Origin: a virus
IMG/VR virus record: IMGVR_UViG_3300007102_000029
Span: 1-33,510 of that record
Strand: one strand, 5' to 3'
DNA: 33,510 bases
Translations under genes and position numbers: made by a program
Shown here: positions 16,906 through 22,440 of the stretch, piece after piece
Position numbering within the stretch: position 1 is the stretch's first letter
How the letters are laid out: every line of letters begins with the position of its first letter
The notes under the pieces: generated by a model
Seen by the model: the letters and a program-made list of their open reading frames with translations, nothing else
What the model was told of the DNA's origin: nothing
The model's database searches: none

Positions 16906-16942
16906 GGGGTGAAAATGCGAAAACGTGTTTTTTTTGTGGAAA

Positions 16943-16972
16943 GGTGTAAAAAGGTGCAAACGGGTGCAAACG
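16943..16972. repeat. three tandem 10-bp repeats GGTG(T/C)AAA(A/C)(A/G); candidate integrase arm-type sites
   Basis: GGTGTAAAAA, GGTGCAAACG and GGTGCAAACG are head to tail. A related GGTGAAAATG lies at 16908-16917. The 12-mer CGGGTGCAAACG recurs at 17128-17139 on the other side of the attP core. Confidence 0.6.
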
Positions 16973-16985
16973 AAACACAAAAAAA

Positions 16986-17010
16986 GGGTTTAGCGAAATC
17001 CGCTAAACCC
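16986..17010. terminator. bidirectional intrinsic terminator downstream of int/attP
   Basis: A perfect 10-bp stem forms between GGGTTTAGCG and CGCTAAACCC with a 5-nt loop. It is preceded by A7 (U7 on the minus strand) and followed by TTGTTTTT. Confidence 0.7.
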
Positions 17011-17020
17011 TTGTTTTTAT

Positions 17021-17054
17021 TGGTGGAGCTAGGCGGGTTCGAACCGCCGGCCTC
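17021..17054 (-). other. attP core: 3' fragment of a tRNA gene (T-arm, 3' acceptor strand and CCA), most likely tRNA-Ala
   Basis: The minus strand reads GAGGCC-GGCGG-TTCGAAC-CCGCC-TAGCTCC-A-CCA. The T stem-loop is canonical. The acceptor 3' strand TAGCTCC pairs with GGGGCUA and includes the G3:U70 pair characteristic of tRNA-Ala. No 5' half or anticodon arm can be built upstream. Confidence 0.75.
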
Positions 17055-17089
17055 TTGAATGCCATTTTAAGGCTTTGGCCGGTAACGTG

Positions 17090-18193
17090 TTAATTTTCTT
17101 GGTCGTTTTCGTCTTTTTCGTTTGCGCCGGGTGCAAACGGGTTGGCCGCCATAAGGTCGGCGACCGCCGCCTGGCCCTGCTTTTGCCCGGTCAATTCTAT
17201 TTGGGTGTAAAGTTCCGTTGTCCGGCTGGTTGTATGGCCAAGGGTGGTTTGCACCAAGCGCAAATTGCCGGTCCCGGCCAGCGTATAGGTCCCGCAAATA
17301 TGGCGTAAGGTGTGTGGCCCTTTAATATGAACGCCCGACCGTTCGGACGCACCCCGAAAAACCGATTTCATATTGTTGTAAGGGTTGCCGGTCGACCCGT
17401 CTTTGGCCGCTTTCGGGGACGGGAAAACCAGGCCGCGCCGATCTTTTTTCGGTATTGTTTCCAAAAAGGCGGCGACGGATTCGGGGACCACGGCGTTTCG
17501 CGGCCGTTCGCCCTTGGTGTCGACCAGGGTTGCCAGGCGGCTTGATAGGTTGACGTTTGACCATTCCAGCCGGGAAACCTCTTTAAAGCGCAAGCCGGCA
17601 TACAGCATAAAATCGACCATGGCCCTTTTTTGCGGGTCCTTTATTTCATCCAACCATTTATTGAGGTCGGCCGGGGTCGGAATTTTCGGCAACGGCCTTT
17701 TGTATTTCAACCGTTCAACCTTAAAATCTAACGGCTTGCAAATGCCGCGGGCGGCGCACCACGAAACGAAACTTTTAATATAATCCATTTCCAGGTTACA
17801 CGCCCGCGGGGTGGCCATGCGCTTTAACTTGTATTGGTTAAAGGTTTCTTCGCTTAACTGGTCGATCGTTAAATTGCCGAAATGCGGTTGCAGGTGTTTA
17901 AGCGCCCAACCGATACTTTTTAGCGTTTCTTCGGCGCGGTGGATTTTTAACCAGCGCAACCATTCGGGCAAAATGGCAAAAATCGGCTTGTCGGCCAATT
18001 CGGGCGTAATGCGCTGGCCGCGACGGGCGCGGGCCTGGCGGCGCAAGTCGCTTTCCAAAAGCCGGGCCGCCGATTCGGTTACGTCGAAAATGGTTTTTTG
18101 AACACGTCGCCCTTTTTTGCCGTCGGGCAAGTAGTCAATAACCCAGGCGTTGGCGATTATTTCACCGTTTTTTTTGTAGGGCCGAACCGACAT
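17090..18193 (-). CDS. int: tyrosine-type site-specific integrase
   Basis: 367 aa. The C-terminal catalytic region is HTLRHICGTYTLAGTGNLRLVQTTLGHTTSRTTELYTQI (R..H-x-x-R, H, Y), and an earlier LRFKEVSRLEW supplies the first Arg. It is adjacent to the tRNA-fragment attP. Confidence 0.95.
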   Translation of the reverse strand: MSVRPYKKNGEIIANAWVIDYLPDGKKGRRVQKTIFDVTESAARLLESDLRRQARARRGQRITPELADKPIFAILPEWLRWLKIHRAEETLKSIGWALKHLQPHFGNLTIDQLSEETFNQYKLKRMATPRACNLEMDYIKSFVSWCAARGICKPLDFKVERLKYKRPLPKIPTPADLNKWLDEIKDPQKRAMVDFMLYAGLRFKEVSRLEWSNVNLSSRLATLVDTKGERPRNAVVPESVAAFLETIPKKDRRGLVFPSPKAAKDGSTGNPYNNMKSVFRGASERSGVHIKGPHTLRHICGTYTLAGTGNLRLVQTTLGHTTSRTTELYTQIELTGQKQGQAAVADLMAANPFAPGANEKDENDQEN

Positions 18194-18209
18194 TGATTCC
18201 CCTTTTTAT

Positions 18210-18491
18210 TTACGGGGCGGCGTCCACCTGGTCGGCGTGGTCGCAATGACACCCGTTTTGCGCTAATAATTCTTCGATATGGTCGAGGCGGTCGGCATAA
18301 TAAACGCGGTTGTCCTGTTCAAATGCCATAACGTTTTCGGTTTGGCGGTCGACGTGGCCCAGGCCATAAAACAGCGTGGCGAAGAGGACCAAATAAACCA
18401 GGTTTAAAAGCCGGCCGACCTTCCCTTTTTTGCGCGGCCGGGTGGCCGCTTCCAACATTCCAACGATTTCTTCTTTGATGCTGTTTTGCAT
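18210..18491 (-). CDS. single-TM membrane protein between repressor and integrase (function unknown)
   Basis: 93 aa with the TM helix LLNLVYLVLFATLFYGLG and a good SD (AAGGGGA). It is tightly packed between the cI-like gene and int. Confidence 0.6.
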   Translation of the reverse strand: MQNSIKEEIVGMLEAATRPRKKGKVGRLLNLVYLVLFATLFYGLGHVDRQTENVMAFEQDNRVYYADRLDHIEELLAQNGCHCDHADQVDAAP

Positions 18492-18507
18492 TGTGTCCCC
18501 TTCCCTT

Positions 18508-18927
18508 TTAAGCGGTTAGTTTGATGATAGCCGCTAATTCGTCGGTCGTCGGTGGCCCGTCGGTCGACAAATAGCGGTCGATTAAATACACGACCAGGGC
18601 GGCCCGCTTATCGCCCGCCATGCAAAGGTCGTGCTTGTCCAAATAGGATTCCACCCCTTCGATAACGTCCATAATAACCTGGCGGGTGTGCTGGTCCAAT
18701 TTATGGTCCGGCGTCGCCCAACCCGCGGTCCAGGTTTGCGACCGCAAAATGTCGTCTATGCTCAACCGGTGTTGTTGGCAATAGTCGACGATCTGAAATA
18801 GTAAGGTGCCGCGCTGTTTGCGGTTGGAAAAGTCGGCCGGGGTTAACCCGAAAATGGCCGCCAATTCCTTGTTGGTGGTAACGCCGGCATGGGCCTTTAT
18901 ATTCTTTACCGCCACGTTAAGGTCCAT
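18508..18927 (-). CDS. CI-type phage repressor (N-terminal Phage_CI_repr-like HTH; helical C-domain without an S24 peptidase)
   Basis: VKNIKAHAGVTTNKELAAIFGLTPADFSNRKQRGTLLFQIVDYCQQHRLSIDDIL matches the CI-repressor HTH pattern (..eLA..lG.s...is.wk.Rg.ip...). It is divergent from a cro-like gene. No Ser/Lys LexA-type domain is visible. Confidence 0.7.
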   Translation of the reverse strand: MDLNVAVKNIKAHAGVTTNKELAAIFGLTPADFSNRKQRGTLLFQIVDYCQQHRLSIDDILRSQTWTAGWATPDHKLDQHTRQVIMDVIEGVESYLDKHDLCMAGDKRAALVVYLIDRYLSTDGPPTTDELAAIIKLTA

Positions 18928-19114
18928 TGATTTTTCGCCCTTTCATCCCTTTAAAAAAAATAAAATTAAAAAAGTCAAAAAATCCCTTGACGTTATACAC
19001 GAAAAAATATACTGTATGCGAAATCGTGTTTTTAATGTGTTTTCGTCTAAGGGTTATTAATCATATACGAAAACAAATATTTTTCAAGGAAAATTCAAGG
19101 TTTCTAATAATTCT
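18928..19114. promoter_or_regulatory. AT-rich divergent promoter/operator (genetic switch) region
   Basis: Rightward candidate: TTGACG (18987-18992), 15 nt, TATACT (19008-19013). An alternative is TTAATG-17-TATTAA (19032-19060). Leftward candidate: TTGACT (18978-18973), 17 nt, TTTAAA (18955-18950). Four CGAAA(A/T)(A/C) repeats lie at about 19000, 19019, 19042 (inverted) and 19068. Confidence 0.55.
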
Positions 19115-19327
19115 ATGAAAACAGCATTAGCCAACAATTTACGCAAAATTATGTTCGACCGCGAAATTAGCGGGTTGGCCCTGGCGAATTTGTCCGGGGT
19201 GCCGCAACCGCGGGTGTCGGCGATCTTGTCGGGGCAAACCCAGGACCCGCGCATTGGCACCGTTTTAAAAATTGCCGGGGCGCTTGGCGTGACGGTCGAA
19301 GAATTGACCGGGGACAAGGCGGCTTAA
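19115..19327 (+). CDS. XRE-family HTH protein, Cro-like by position
   Basis: LANNLRKIMFDREISGLALANLSGVPQPRVSAILSGQTQDPRIGTVLKIAGALGVTVEEL is a canonical HTH_3 pattern. The 70-aa gene is divergent from the repressor. Confidence 0.85.
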   Translation: MKTALANNLRKIMFDREISGLALANLSGVPQPRVSAILSGQTQDPRIGTVLKIAGALGVTVEELTGDKAA

Positions 19328-19534
19328 ATGAGCGACCAGGACTTTAAAGCGTTAAGCGACCGGCTGGACCGTATCGAAAAGTTATTGGCCCAGGTGGTCG
19401 GGGTGCCGGTTGAAAGTGTCAGACCGGCCGGCGCCGGCGACGTGCTGGACATTTTAAAAGACGACGACCCGTTGGCGGCGATTGATAGACACAACGCCAG
19501 CCGCGGGCGAAAGAATCGGGGCCGGGCGGCGTGA
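19328..19534 (+). CDS. hypothetical small protein with an Arg-rich C-terminus
   Basis: 68 aa with the ATG directly after the cro-like stop. The C-terminus is ASRGRKNRGRAA. Confidence 0.6.
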   Translation: MSDQDFKALSDRLDRIEKLLAQVVGVPVESVRPAGAGDVLDILKDDDPLAAIDRHNASRGRKNRGRAA

Positions 19535-19553
19535 TTAACCGCCCGGATTTTGG

Positions 19554-19588
19554 CCCGGCGGTTTCCTTCTGGCCGCCGGGTCCTTTTT
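19554..19588 (+). terminator. intrinsic terminator candidate overlapping an alternative upstream hairpin
   Basis: CCCGGCGG (19554-19561) pairs with CCGCCGGG (19573-19580) around an 11-nt loop, followed by TCCTTTTT. An alternative pairing joins AACCGCC (19537-19543) with GGCGGTT (19557-19563) and uses the same left arm. Confidence 0.45.
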
Positions 19589-19611
19589 AACCAGGTAAAG
19601 GGGGTTTGATT

Positions 19612-19872
19612 ATGGTTCGAAAATGGATACACCCGGACGATTGTTTTATTGAGCGAAACCACGACGATTTTCCCGGCCGCGCCGTTTTATTTGATTGCGA
19701 CGGCGACCAGGTGTTTGATTTCGCCGCCGAAGAGTGGACCGACGAACAAATTTTTACGGCCCTGGCGCTGGCCAATATCGCTTATGACCGCGGTTATACG
19801 GTCGGCCAGGCGTCCAAGGCGTTGGAAGTTCGTAAAGCGTTGCAGATAACCGGGTGCGGTTGCCATGGATAG
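19612..19872 (+). CDS. hypothetical protein
   Basis: ATG 19612 with AAAGGGGG 7 nt upstream (track start TTG 19606). 86 aa. Confidence 0.6.
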   Translation: MVRKWIHPDDCFIERNHDDFPGRAVLFDCDGDQVFDFAAEEWTDEQIFTALALANIAYDRGYTVGQASKALEVRKALQITGCGCHG

Positions 19873-19990
19873 GCTAAAGCCCTGGTTGGTGGCGCTTTTT
19901 ATTTTGCTGGCGTTCGGGATTGTCGGCCGGATGGATTACCAAACGGCGGTCGATATGCACCAAGCGCCGATTATCTTAACCCGTAAGTAA
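19865..19990 (+). CDS. 41-aa predicted membrane peptide (not in the ORF track)
   Basis: ATG 19865 overlaps the upstream stop. The product is MDRLKPWLVALFILLAFGIVGRMDYQTAVDMHQAPIILTRK, with one hydrophobic helix, and it fills an otherwise empty 136-nt gap. The SD is weak. Confidence 0.35.
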   Translation: MDRLKPWLVALFILLAFGIVGRMDYQTAVDMHQAPIILTRK

Positions 19991-20008
19991 AAAGGAAAGG
20001 GCGAAACA

Positions 20009-20200
20009 ATGAGTAAAAACAGCGGTGGAAACGCCGGCGGGGTCGGCTTTATCGGATTGTTAACGGTCTGTTTAATTATGGCCAAGCTTTGCGGCTTTGC
20101 CGACTTTTCGTGGTGGTGGTGTATTGCCCCGGCGGGCGCGGCGTTCGTTACCTTGGTTGTGGCGGTGGTTTACCTGGTCGCTTCCGAGAGGGCCAAATAG
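20009..20200 (+). CDS. small two-TM membrane protein
   Basis: AGGAAAGGG SD upstream. Hydrophobic segments are VGFIGLLTVCLIMAKLCGF and WWWCIAPAGAAFVTLVVAVVYLV. Confidence 0.6.
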   Translation: MSKNSGGNAGGVGFIGLLTVCLIMAKLCGFADFSWWWCIAPAGAAFVTLVVAVVYLVASERAK

Positions 20201-20466
20201 TGGCGGCGCAAGTGGCAAGGTCTGATTCGCCGTCGTCGCCGGCATTCCCAGGTGTCGCCAAGCGCATTGGCGTTTTGTCGCCCTTTGCGGCCATGGCGGC
20301 GCTGGCGGCCTTGCCGGGCAAGGCGCTTGGCATTGGCGGCGAAGCGCAACGGGTTGAATTTCGCGGCGATCTTCCGTCGGTGAATAAAACCGAGGCGACC
20401 AGGGCCAAAAGGCGGGCGACCCGCAAGCGGCTTTCCGCGCTTAAAAAACGGCGGGGGTGGGTATGA
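20200..20466 (+). CDS. hypothetical protein with a basic C-terminus (GTG start)
   Basis: GTG 20200 overlaps the upstream TAG, with GAGAGGG 8 nt upstream. There is an ATGA overlap with the next ORF. NCG-rich third-position codon style matches the confident genes. Confidence 0.45.
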   Translation: MAAQVARSDSPSSPAFPGVAKRIGVLSPFAAMAALAALPGKALGIGGEAQRVEFRGDLPSVNKTEATRAKRRATRKRLSALKKRRGWV

Positions 20467-20609
20467 ACCAGAAACAAGCGAAAAAGCTTCGGCGGTTGGT
20501 GAATGGCGCCCGGAAAAACGAATGGCGCGAAATGTTGGACGTTTTAAACACATTGTCATTTCGGCGGCGCCTGGTTTGGGCCTGGCGCATTGTCCGTGGG
20601 AGGGCTTAA
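20463..20609 (+). CDS. 48-aa basic protein (not in the ORF track)
   Basis: MNQKQAKKLRRLVNGARKNEWREMLDVLNTLSFRRRLVWAWRIVRGRA. It is translationally coupled on both sides. Confidence 0.4.
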   Translation: MNQKQAKKLRRLVNGARKNEWREMLDVLNTLSFRRRLVWAWRIVRGRA

Positions 20610-20611
20610 AG

Positions 20612-20902
20612 ATGAAAACGAACGTGCAAAAACACATGGAAATGCTAGGTAATAAGGTTGTCGATAAAGTTACGGGCTTTGCCGGGGTTTGTTCTTCGGT
20701 GTCGTTCGACTTGTACGGTTGCGTACAGGTGGTTATCACGCCACCGGCGACCGAAGGTGGCACCAAGTATGGCGAATGCCGGTGGTTTGACATTGGGCGC
20801 GTTGAAGTGACCGCCACGGCGCGGGTTATGGATTTACCCGACTATGATTTTGGCAAGGTCGCCGAAGGGCGCAAGGGGCCGGCTGAAAAGCCGGCGTTTT
20901 AA
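20612..20902 (+). CDS. hypothetical protein
   Basis: ATG 20612 with GGGAGGG 7 nt upstream (track start 20522 rejected). 96 aa, MKTNVQKHMEMLGNKVVDKVTGFAGVCSSVSFDLYGCVQVV..., which I recall as a common conserved phage early protein pattern. Confidence 0.6.
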   Translation: MKTNVQKHMEMLGNKVVDKVTGFAGVCSSVSFDLYGCVQVVITPPATEGGTKYGECRWFDIGRVEVTATARVMDLPDYDFGKVAEGRKGPAEKPAF

Positions 20903-20912
20903 GGGGGCGGCC

Positions 20913-21278
20913 ATGCACTATAACCGTTACCAGGATTTAGTTGGCGAAGGGGTAAACACACACCCGACGGCACCGCCGGTGCGTGATTTCGATTTGCATT
21001 GCCCGCAAATGGCCGTCAAGGGTTGTAACTATTACGCCGCGTCGTGTTTGGCCAGAATGAAAGACGAAAAGGGGCCTTGCAACCCGCATAAATGCGAAAC
21101 CGGCCGCCAGGTATGGCTGGACACCGGCGAGGCGTTGCCGGCCGAAAAAATTAAAAAGGACCACCCGGCGCATTGCGTTTATTGCGGCCTGGTCCTGGAC
21201 CAGCGGCGCCAACGGTCGTTTTGTTACCGGGTGGCTTGCGTGGCCAAGTATGAGGCCGAAAAGGCGGCTAATGTATGA
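20913..21278 (+). CDS. Cys-rich protein with a C-terminal zinc ribbon
   Basis: ATG 20913 with AAGGGGG upstream. Cys motifs are HCPQ..GCNYYAASC..GPCNPHKC and HCVYCG-(12)-FCYRVAC. Confidence 0.6.
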   Translation: MHYNRYQDLVGEGVNTHPTAPPVRDFDLHCPQMAVKGCNYYAASCLARMKDEKGPCNPHKCETGRQVWLDTGEALPAEKIKKDHPAHCVYCGLVLDQRRQRSFCYRVACVAKYEAEKAANV

Positions 21279-21478
21279 CCAATGCCAAGGGTGTAAAGCC
21301 AGCGCCGCGGCGGCCTGGGGTGACGACCAGGGAGTTTTTTGCCAGGTGCGGGCGGTGTGGTCGTGCGTTGGCCCGTCGTGCGTCTTTTCCTGCCAAGTTA
21401 ACCGTGGATTTCGTGGCCTGTTCGAATTGCAATGCCAAAAACAAAGTGGCGAAACCGTCCGGCCGGGGGTTTGTATGA
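21275..21478 (+). CDS. zinc-ribbon protein
   Basis: CGRCG-(22)-CSNCN motif. ATGA overlaps on both sides. Confidence 0.6.
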   Translation: MTNAKGVKPAPRRPGVTTREFFARCGRCGRALARRASFPAKLTVDFVACSNCNAKNKVAKPSGRGFV

Positions 21479-21657
21479 GGCTAGAAACGATCATGGCGAA
21501 CGACAAGTGCAAGGCCGACGTTTTTTCGTGGTCGGCGAACGGTGGCCAACACGTCCAATGCACCGGTTGTGGCGAACACGTCGTTTACTTCGAAACGGCC
21601 GGCCAGGTCGAACGAAAGGTTTTGCAAGATGCACAATTTAAACCGGGGTTCGTCTAA
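21475..21657 (+). CDS. small Cys-containing protein
   Basis: ATG 21475 (ATGA overlap, GGGGG upstream). 60 aa containing KCKADV...VQCTGCGEH. Confidence 0.5.
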   Translation: MRLETIMANDKCKADVFSWSANGGQHVQCTGCGEHVVYFETAGQVERKVLQDAQFKPGFV

Positions 21658-21814
21658 ACCCTGCTTTCAATGCCGTGTTAACGGTTCGGTGGTTTGTGGT
21701 GGTTCGTGCGGTCTTTGCGGGGCGTTATGCCCTGGCGAAGCGACAACGGAAAGGGGCGACCATGCGACAAGCGAAAATGACCAGGACGTTTATAACGGAA
21801 GCGGTGCCGGATAG
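21629..21814 (+). CDS. possible DnaJ-type Cys-rich mini-protein (overlaps neighbours; uncertain)
   Basis: ATG 21629 with GAAAGG 9 nt upstream. The product contains PCFQCRVNGSVVCGGSCGLCGALCPGE. It overlaps 21475-21657 by 29 nt and 21762-21944 by 53 nt. Confidence 0.3.
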   Translation: MHNLNRGSSKPCFQCRVNGSVVCGGSCGLCGALCPGEATTERGDHATSENDQDVYNGSGAG

Positions 21815-21944
21815 CGAATTGGCGTCGATTATTTGGAACACTTACCAGGCGTCGATTATTTGGCGCTTCGAAATGGCCAAGCGGGCGGTTTTCCCTGGGC
21901 CATTATTCAAGCAACCGGGGGTTGGATTATGCACAGGAAAATAG
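21762..21944 (+). CDS. possible 60-aa protein (alternative to or overlapping 21629-21814)
   Basis: ATG 21762 with GGAAAGGGG 5 nt upstream. It contains the duplicated peptide ASIIW, encoded by a 16-bp direct repeat. Confidence 0.4.
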   Translation: MRQAKMTRTFITEAVPDSELASIIWNTYQASIIWRFEMAKRAVFPGPLFKQPGVGLCTGK

Positions 21945-22261
21945 AAGCACACGTTGAATTTCACCGGTTTTATGCGCGGGACCTGGCCTTGACCTTCTTT
22001 AGCGACGACGGCCACCGCCTGGCGGTTGGCCAGCCGGTCGTTATGGAAGATGTCGACCGGAATATTGCTTGCGCAACCGGTCCAGGGCCGACGGTTTCTT
22101 TAACCCGCGAGGCGGCGCAAAAGCTGGCCGACGATTTGTGGCGACTTGGTATCCGGCCGACCGAGGCGGCCGGTTCGGCTGGTTCGTATTCGGCCCAGGG
22201 TGCGCACCTTTCCGACATGCGAAAGATTGCCTTTTGTAAATTAGGAATAGAGGACGACTAA
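21929..22261 (+). CDS. hypothetical protein
   Basis: ATG 21929 with GGGGG upstream (track start 21833 rejected). 110 aa. Confidence 0.55.
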   Translation: MHRKIEAHVEFHRFYARDLALTFFSDDGHRLAVGQPVVMEDVDRNIACATGPGPTVSLTREAAQKLADDLWRLGIRPTEAAGSAGSYSAQGAHLSDMRKIAFCKLGIEDD

Positions 22262-22263
22262 CG

Positions 22264-22440
22264 ATGCCTATTTACGAATATAAATGCCAGGGGTGCGGGC
22301 TGGTTGTACCACGCCACCGCGAAAGCGATATGCGCCACGCTTCCACCGTTTGCCCGGAGTGTCAAGCGGTCGCAAGGCTAACGCCGTCGATTCCGGCGGC
22401 GGTCCCGGTCGGAAAATACGGAAAAGGTGGTGGCCAATGA
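22264..22440 (+). CDS. FmdB-family zinc-ribbon protein (58 aa, not in the ORF track)
   Basis: MPIYEYKCQGCG...VCPECQ is the signature N-terminus and second CxxC of FmdB/Zn-ribbon_8 proteins. GAGGA lies 9 nt upstream, and there is an ATGA overlap with the next gene. Confidence 0.75.
   Translation: MPIYEYKCQGCGLVVPRHRESDMRHASTVCPECQAVARLTPSIPAAVPVGKYGKGGGQ

Noticed and set aside
16915-17062. Small plus-strand ORF (MRKRVFFVERCKK...) that could be an excisionase next to int
   Set aside because: It would read through the arm repeats, the 10-bp terminator stem and the tRNA fragment. It has no SD and looks non-coding.
17021-17100. Complete tRNA gene on the minus strand
   Set aside because: Only the T-arm, 3' acceptor strand and CCA can be built. 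The sequence upstream (…AAAATGGCATTCAAG…) gives no anticodon stem, D-arm or GGGGCTA 5' strand. It is an attP fragment, not a gene.
20170-20817. 215-aa minus-strand ORF across the early small-gene region
   Set aside because: It is antisense to a chain of translationally coupled plus-strand genes that have SD sequences. The product is low complexity with no SD. The same reasoning applies to 1625-2266, 4867-5484, 7955-8641, 8873-9631 and 14369-14899 on the minus strand.
22284-22436. N-terminal extension of the 292-aa track ORF
   Set aside because: This stretch overlaps, in another frame, the clearly recognisable FmdB-type zinc-ribbon gene (22264-22440). The downstream gene has its own SD plus ATG at 22437 with an ATGA overlap.
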